From an uncultured bacterium (lineage in GTDB: Bacteria > Ratteibacteria > UBA8468 > B48-G9 > JAFGKM01), in assembly GCA_964502135.1 (NCBI GenBank), contig CAZCUO010000027.1, positions 1 through 41,924 of the forward strand: a stretch of DNA of 41,924 nucleotides, given 5' to 3'. This document shows, one piece after another, positions 36,168 through 41,924 of the stretch (position 1 is the stretch's first letter; each line of letters begins with the position of its first letter). Both the position numbers and the translations under genes were made by a program. Under the pieces are notes generated by a model. It saw only the letters and a program-made list of their open reading frames with translations. It made no database searches and was not told the DNA's origin.

Positions 36168-37503
36168 TTTTCAAAAGTCCATATTTTTCAATTTTATATC
36201 TTAAAATTCTTCTCGTTGTTCTTAAAAACTCAGCTGTTTTTGTTTGATTATAATTATTCTCTTCAAGTGCTTTTTTAATCAAATTTTTTTCAAAATTTTC
36301 AACTTCATCCTTTAAAGAAATAAATTCTTTCTTTTTTTTCTTAAATTCCTCTGGTAAATCCTCTATATTTATTATATCACTTTGAGGATTTAAAACAAAA
36401 ATTCTTTCAATAACATTTTTTAGTTCTCTAATATTACCAGGCCATTCATAATTAAGAAACACTTCTTTTGCTTTTTCGGAAATTTTCTTTATTTTTGTGC
36501 GATATTTTTTACTGTAAAAATCAATATAATATTCCAACAAAGGAATAATATCATCTTTCCTTTCTTTCAATGAAGGTATTTTTATAGGAACAACACTTAA
36601 TCTATAATAAAGGTCTTCTCTAAAATTCCCTTTTTTAACTTCTTCTTCAATATTTTTTGAAGTTGCTGAAATTATTCTTGCATCACTCTCTATTATTTCA
36701 TTACTTCCAAGACGTGAAAATTTCTTTTCCTCAATAAATCTCAAAAGTTTAACTTGTATATTTAAAGGGATTTCACCAATTTCATCAAGAAAAATTGTTC
36801 CTGAACCTGCTATTTCAATTTTCCCTTTTTTACTTTTAAATGCATTTGTAAAGGCACCTTTTTCATAACCAAATAATTCACTCTCAAATAATGTTTCTGG
36901 GATTGCAGCACAGTGAATTGGAACAAATGGCAGTTCTTTTCTCGGACTTTTCTCATGAATATATCTTGCAATTAACTCTTTTCCAACACCTGTAGGCCCA
37001 GTTATCAAAACAGGCGAATCAGAAAATGCAACCTTTTTTGCAATTTCAATTATTTTTTTCATTATCTCACTTACATAAATAATTTTTTCTACTGGATATT
37101 CTTTGTTTATTTCTTCTTTTAAAATTTCTATATATGAAAGCAAATTTTTTGTTTTTAGAATTTTTTCAATTATAAGTATAATTTCTTCTACATCAAATGG
37201 TTTTGTAATATAATCAACTGCTCCTGACTTCATTGCTTCAACAGCTGTTTTTACCTGTGAAACAGCAGTTAGCATGATAACAGGTATTTCTTGATATTTT
37301 CTTCTTATTTCTTTTAAAAGTGTTATACCATCAATATCAGGAAGAATAATGTCAAGTATTATTAAATCTGGATTTTCTTTTTCAAGTTGAGAAATACATT
37401 CTTTTCCAGAACCAGCAAGAATAACTTTATATTTATCTTTAAGAGCAAACCTCAAAGATTCCCTTACTCCAATTTCGTCATCAACAACAAGTATTTTGTT
37501 CAT
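36145..37503 (-). CDS. sigma54-dependent response regulator (NtrC family: REC + AAA+ + Fis-type HTH)
   Basis: REC (VVDDE, ILDIILPDIDG, KPF), Walker A GPTGVGKE, ESELFGYEKGAFTNA (GAFTGA variant), C-terminal HTH QTKTAEFLRTTRRILRYKIEKYG. Confidence 0.92.
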   Translation of the reverse strand: MNKILVVDDEIGVRESLRFALKDKYKVILAGSGKECISQLEKENPDLIILDIILPDIDGITLLKEIRRKYQEIPVIMLTAVSQVKTAVEAMKSGAVDYITKPFDVEEIILIIEKILKTKNLLSYIEILKEEINKEYPVEKIIYVSEIMKKIIEIAKKVAFSDSPVLITGPTGVGKELIARYIHEKSPRKELPFVPIHCAAIPETLFESELFGYEKGAFTNAFKSKKGKIEIAGSGTIFLDEIGEIPLNIQVKLLRFIEEKKFSRLGSNEIIESDARIISATSKNIEEEVKKGNFREDLYYRLSVVPIKIPSLKERKDDIIPLLEYYIDFYSKKYRTKIKKISEKAKEVFLNYEWPGNIRELKNVIERIFVLNPQSDIINIEDLPEEFKKKKKEFISLKDEVENFEKNLIKKALEENNYNQTKTAEFLRTTRRILRYKIEKYGLLKNGKNFNN

Positions 37504-39395
37504 TTTAATGGTAAACTTATAATAAACATCTTTTCTTCTGGCGTAATTTCAAATTCAATTTTACCATTATGAGATTCAATGATTTTTTTTGCAAGAATAA
37601 GTCCGATTGAAAAGGGTGTTCTTAAATTAGGATTAAATGGCATAAAAATATCCTCTTTTTTTTCAATTCTTATATTTTTACCATTTTCACTTATAATTAT
37701 ATTTACAAAATCTTCTTTCTTAACTATATCTAAATAAACATTCCCATTTCCCAAAATATCTTCTTTAACAAATTCAAAAATATAATTAATTGCCTCTCGC
37801 ATCCTTACAAAATCAATTTCTACATTCACTTTAGGAGCTATTTCATATTTTTTAAAAATTTCTTTCTCTTTTAAAATTTTATTTAAAAATTCATTAAGGT
37901 CTACAAAATCTTTTTTCAACTCTATCGTATCGGCAATTTTATTAATTCTATCAATAATTTCGTTAATCTTTTTAATTTCTTGAAAGACAATATTGGAAAA
38001 TTTTGTTCTAAATTCTTCATCTTCATACATTTTAGGGAGCATTTGTGCAAATGTATTTATTGCAACAAGGGGATTTTTAAGTTCATGAGATAATTTTGAT
38101 GCAATATTCCCCCAGTATTTATCTCTTTCTATTTCCTTTTCCTTTTTTTCTATCTCTTTTATATATGTTAAATCCTGAAAAATTCCAACAGCACCTATAA
38201 TATCTCCCTTTTCATTTTTAATAACATTTGTGCTTATACCAAGAATTGCTTTTGTTGGAATAAACTCAAATTCTTTTCTTGAAACTGTTTCACCAAAAAT
38301 AATAACTCTTCTAATAAAATCCGCAAACTGTGAACCTACTTTTTCTATTTTTTCTCCTTTTACATCATTATATTTAACTTTCAATATTTTTTCTCCATAT
38401 TCATTTAAAATATTTATTCTCCCTTCCTTATCAACTCCTATAATTCCTGCTGATAAATTCTTAAAAATGGTTTCCTGATATTCCTTTTGCCATTTTATTT
38501 CATTATAAAGAAAGAAATTATCAAAAACAATTGCAAGATAATCAGAAAGAAGAGAAAGTGTTGAAATTTCTTCATCTTTAATTTCATCATTTATAACTTT
38601 TTCACCAATCATAATCAAGCCAATAAATTTACCTGAGAATGTTTTTAAGGGAATTATAATTGACGAATTAAATATAGAGGCAAAATTTCTCAATTCAAAT
38701 TCAACATTTTTTTCTTTTAAATTTAAAATTTTATTCTCTTTCAGGAACCATTTTATAACAGGACTCTCAAAATCAATTTTTATTTCTTTTAAGATATTTT
38801 CATCTAATCCAAAAGAAGCATAAACTTTAAAAATTCCTTTTTCATTTAATAATATAGCCATTGAACCAAAATGAAAAAATTTTCTTAAAACTTTTAAAAT
38901 TTCATAACAAATTTTATTGATATCTGAAAAATTTTCTGCAATCTCTTGAAAAATATTTTGGAAAAAATTATTTTTTTTATCTTCCTTTTCTATTACAAAT
39001 TCTCCTTCTTTTTGCTTTATTATTTTTTCATTTTTATAAATAAAATTCATCCATTTTTCTGCCCTTTCTATAACATGTCTAATTTTTTCATAAAGAAACT
39101 GTTTTTCAATCACATAAAATATATCTTTTTGTAGTATTTCTCTTGCTGTTTTGTCATAAAATGATATTAATGGAACAATAAGTATTTCTTTATTTTCTTC
39201 AATTATTTTATCTATCAGTTCACATACATCTATTTCAGGTAAAAAAGTATCAATAATTACTAAAAATGGTTTCCTTTCCCTTATCTTAATAATCGCTTCT
39301 TTGGGATTAATCTTTTCAATAAAATAATCTTTTAAAATAATCTTTATTGTATAAATAATCCCCTCATCATCAGTTATTACCATTAAATATTTCAT
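37500..39395 (-). CDS. cytoplasmic REC-like + GAF + PAS + HisKA protein with poorly conserved ATP-binding (HATPase) boxes
   Basis: N-terminus with DD and VIIDTFLPEID, H-box SKLSHELKNPL. The C-terminal domain shows SENGKNI and FSIGL where DxGxG and GxGLGL are expected. Confidence 0.8.
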   Translation of the reverse strand: MKYLMVITDDEGIIYTIKIILKDYFIEKINPKEAIIKIRERKPFLVIIDTFLPEIDVCELIDKIIEENKEILIVPLISFYDKTAREILQKDIFYVIEKQFLYEKIRHVIERAEKWMNFIYKNEKIIKQKEGEFVIEKEDKKNNFFQNIFQEIAENFSDINKICYEILKVLRKFFHFGSMAILLNEKGIFKVYASFGLDENILKEIKIDFESPVIKWFLKENKILNLKEKNVEFELRNFASIFNSSIIIPLKTFSGKFIGLIMIGEKVINDEIKDEEISTLSLLSDYLAIVFDNFFLYNEIKWQKEYQETIFKNLSAGIIGVDKEGRINILNEYGEKILKVKYNDVKGEKIEKVGSQFADFIRRVIIFGETVSRKEFEFIPTKAILGISTNVIKNEKGDIIGAVGIFQDLTYIKEIEKKEKEIERDKYWGNIASKLSHELKNPLVAINTFAQMLPKMYEDEEFRTKFSNIVFQEIKKINEIIDRINKIADTIELKKDFVDLNEFLNKILKEKEIFKKYEIAPKVNVEIDFVRMREAINYIFEFVKEDILGNGNVYLDIVKKEDFVNIIISENGKNIRIEKKEDIFMPFNPNLRTPFSIGLILAKKIIESHNGKIEFEITPEEKMFIISLPLK

Positions 39396-41849
39396 TTAAA
39401 AACCCTTTTTAGGTAATTCAACAAAAACCTTTGTCCATTCACCCTCTTCACTTTCAACCCTTATCTTCCCTTTATGTTCTTCAACTATACTTAAAACAAT
39501 TGAAAGTCCCAACCCTGTTCCTTTATTTTTTGTTGTAAAAAATGGATCAAAAATTTTACTCATAATCTCCTTTTTAATACCACACCCATTATCAATTATC
39601 AAAACCTCTATTTTTTCTTCATCCTCTTTCAATTTCACTTCAATTTTCCCATAATTCCTATTAATTGCCTCAAAACTATTAACTAATAAATTTATAAATA
39701 CCTGTTTCAACTTTTCTCTATCACCGATTATTATAACATCTTTTTCAGGTAAATCTGTTTTAATTTCCACTTTTTTATCTATAAACTGATAAGAAACAAG
39801 ATTAATAGTTGATTTTATAATATCTACAATATTAACCTCTTCAAGTTTTTGTATCTGAGGCCTTGAAAAAAGTAAAATTTGCTCTACAAGGTTATTAATT
39901 CTATTTATTTCATCATAAATAAGTTTTGAATAAACTTTTCTAAATTCAGGGTCATTAAATCTTGTTGGCAAAAGTTGAGCAAATGTTTTTAAAGCAGTTA
40001 AAGGATTTTTTATCTGATGAGCAAGCCCTGCTGCCATAACTCCAAGTGCTGCAAGTTTTTCTTTTCTTTTTATTTCCTCCTCAAGTTGCTTCACTTTTGT
40101 TATATCTGAAAAAATAACTTGAACTCCAAGAAGTTTCCCATTTTCAAAAATAGGAACAACCAATGTATAAAGTATAACATTTTTCCCATCAATTTTAAGT
40201 TGTAATTCTTTTTCTGTTATCGTATTATCCAATCCATAAAGTTTATTTTTAAAATCATTTATTATTTCAAATGGTAAAACTTCATAAAAATCCCTCCCGA
40301 GAAGGTCTTCTTCTTTTTTATTAAAAATTCTCTCCATCTGTGAATTAAATATCGTTATTTTCCCATTTTTATCAAAACTGATAACACCAAAAGGAGAATT
40401 ATCAAGTAAACTTCTTATATAGGTATTAATTTCTGAAATTTGGTGATACAATTTAATATTTTCAATTGCAATCCCAATCTGATAACCAAGATTTACAAGA
40501 ATTAACTGATCTCTATATGAAAAAACACTTTTATCAAATTTTTGTTTGAGAAATATAACTCCTTTAATCTCCTCTTTCTCTTCAATACCTACAGCAACTT
40601 CATAACCAATTTTCTCAAATTCTTCAACGATTTTCTTTTTCTCTGGGTATATCATTTCAACTCTTTTTTCTTCTTCTCTAATAAGTATTTTTGGTTTTCT
40701 TAATACATCAAAAAATATAGAATTTTTATCAAATATAACATTTACATTTTCTGGAAGGTCTTCATCTTCAAATGGAAAATCATTTTTCTCTTTAAATAAA
40801 AATAACATTTCTTTAGGAACATTAAGATAGTAAGAAAGAGTATCCATTAAATTCTCAAAGATTTCTTTTGGACCTGAAAAAGAAAATAATATCTCAAAAA
40901 TTTTCTGAGTTAAAATTTCAATATCATATTTCAACATTCTTACTTTCAAAAATCTTCTTAATTTTTCTCTTATTGGAACAAAAAACATTGCAACAAAAAA
41001 ACAACTTAAGATAATTGACCAGTTTCCTAAGGAAAACCCTAAAAAGGAAGCGGCACCATTAAGGATATGAATTGAAAGATAATAAATAATAAAAAGGGAT
41101 AATGATAAAAGTAAATAAAGGAAAATTACTTGATAAACAAAAACAACATCCATTATTTTATATTTTGCTATTCCATAAATTATTATCGCTGAAATTATTA
41201 CAGAAGCAAAAGGACCTAATCTATCTGTAAGTGTAAATTCTGTAAATATAAGAGGTAAAAGGGCAAGGGAAACATTATAAATTGCACCAAATAAAACAGC
41301 GATAAAAACATAATGAATTTCAATAGCAGTAATACCTGATTTTTCCTTTTTCTTTTTATAAAGATGATAAAGACCTACAAATAAAATAAATAGAATGTTA
41401 ATTGTATAAACAGAAATTTCAGGTTTTCCGTATTTTATAATTGGTCCTGTTTTTATATTTCCCGCGGTTCCCATATAACCTTCAACAATAAAATTAGGAG
41501 AAAAGGAGATAAAAACATTACAAAGACTTAAAATATAAAAAAGAATTAATTTTCTCAATTCTTTCTTTGGAATATATTGTTCTCCTATACAAATAGCGAA
41601 TAAATAAAATGTTGAAGGAATAAAAGAAGCGTATGAAAAAACAACACGAATAAGGAAAAGTGCTTTGTTAATATCTTGAGATAAAGCAATAAAGAAAGAT
41701 ATAAATGACCAAAAGGCAAGAAGAAAAGAAAAAAATGAATATATTCTATTTGTAAGTTTCCTTTTTCCTTTTAAAAAAACAAGAATTCCAAGAGCAATAT
41801 TTAGTATCCCTACTATAAAAAAAGAAATTGCAAGATTATTTATTCTCAT
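39396..41849 (-). CDS. membrane sensor histidine kinase (multi-TM N-terminal module + GAF + PAS + HisKA + HATPase_c)
   Basis: About 8 hydrophobic helices in the first roughly 300 aa. H-box GLAHQIKNPL, N-box NLLVNSFEA, G1 IIDNGCGI, F-box FDPFFTTK, G2 GTGLGLSIV. Confidence 0.92.
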   Translation of the reverse strand: MRINNLAISFFIVGILNIALGILVFLKGKRKLTNRIYSFFSFLLAFWSFISFFIALSQDINKALFLIRVVFSYASFIPSTFYLFAICIGEQYIPKKELRKLILFYILSLCNVFISFSPNFIVEGYMGTAGNIKTGPIIKYGKPEISVYTINILFILFVGLYHLYKKKKEKSGITAIEIHYVFIAVLFGAIYNVSLALLPLIFTEFTLTDRLGPFASVIISAIIIYGIAKYKIMDVVFVYQVIFLYLLLSLSLFIIYYLSIHILNGAASFLGFSLGNWSIILSCFFVAMFFVPIREKLRRFLKVRMLKYDIEILTQKIFEILFSFSGPKEIFENLMDTLSYYLNVPKEMLFLFKEKNDFPFEDEDLPENVNVIFDKNSIFFDVLRKPKILIREEEKRVEMIYPEKKKIVEEFEKIGYEVAVGIEEKEEIKGVIFLKQKFDKSVFSYRDQLILVNLGYQIGIAIENIKLYHQISEINTYIRSLLDNSPFGVISFDKNGKITIFNSQMERIFNKKEEDLLGRDFYEVLPFEIINDFKNKLYGLDNTITEKELQLKIDGKNVILYTLVVPIFENGKLLGVQVIFSDITKVKQLEEEIKRKEKLAALGVMAAGLAHQIKNPLTALKTFAQLLPTRFNDPEFRKVYSKLIYDEINRINNLVEQILLFSRPQIQKLEEVNIVDIIKSTINLVSYQFIDKKVEIKTDLPEKDVIIIGDREKLKQVFINLLVNSFEAINRNYGKIEVKLKEDEEKIEVLIIDNGCGIKKEIMSKIFDPFFTTKNKGTGLGLSIVLSIVEEHKGKIRVESEEGEWTKVFVELPKKGF

Positions 41850-41924
41850 ATTTTTTTACAACAACAGAAGAATTACTACCTCCAAAACCATGAGAATTTA
41901 TAAGACAATATTCAACATCAAAAA
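41836..41924 (-). CDS. 3' end (last 28 codons) of a beta-ketoacyl-ACP synthase (FabF/FabB-like); 5' part lies off the window
   Basis: The minus-strand frame gives ...FDVEYCLINSHGFGGSNSSVVVKKYENK*. NSFGFGG.N...V is the conserved C-terminal KAS motif. The stop overlaps the kinase start. Confidence 0.6.
   Translation of the reverse strand, partial: FDVEYCLINSHGFGGSNSSVVVKKYENK

Noticed and set aside
1-41924. Scan by eye for rRNA, tRNA, CRISPR repeats, transposase, integrase or phage genes, toxin-antitoxin pairs and known defence-system signatures.
   Set aside because: None were recognised. Every gap longer than 60 nt is accounted for by promoter-like sequence, and no direct or inverted long repeats were noticed. 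A formal repeat or tRNA scan is still advisable.

Overview
AT-rich, very gene-dense bacterial (probably metagenome-assembled) contig fragment with about 45 CDS, frequent start/stop overlaps and almost no non-coding DNA. Bases 1-27 are an Illumina adapter remnant, not biology. LPS-heptose genes, MreBCD/PBP2/RodA and two prepilin-type proteins with an ...ALSTAREKGRQANCINNL... core point to a diderm, possibly PVC/Omnitrophota-like lineage (inference only). Recognisable content: folE, ftsH, long-form thiE, hldC-like and gmhA, DegT aminotransferase and SDR epimerase, queF, acyP, groES-groEL with a near-consensus sigma70 promoter and the only clear rho-independent terminator. Also present are a four-subunit 2-oxoacid:ferredoxin oxidoreductase (porGDAB), an ABC exporter operon, and a long minus-strand array (41849 to 27969). 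That array runs HK, HK, NtrC-type regulator, REC-GAF-HD-GYP, a small beta-barrel protein, mreBCD, mrdA, rodA and a radical SAM gene. No rRNA, tRNA, CRISPR array, transposase, integrase or phage genes were seen. Best candidates for undescribed biology: (1) operon 16975 to 13228 encoding a TM/HAMP-like protein, a prepilin-leader/FecR-like fusion and a CHASE2/HD-GYP phosphodiesterase; (2) operon 23119-27972 encoding a small acidic protein, an ABC exporter with an N-terminal zinc-ribbon extension, a split DUF1854-like partner, a CN-hydrolase and a DUF362 Fe-S protein; (3) the apparent co-transcription of sigma54/c-di-GMP signalling genes with the elongasome and a conserved uncharacterised radical SAM enzyme; (4) a membrane protein with a degenerate spermidine-synthase-like core; (5) membrane proteins embedded in the por operon. 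All functional calls rest on motif recognition by eye; no searches were run.
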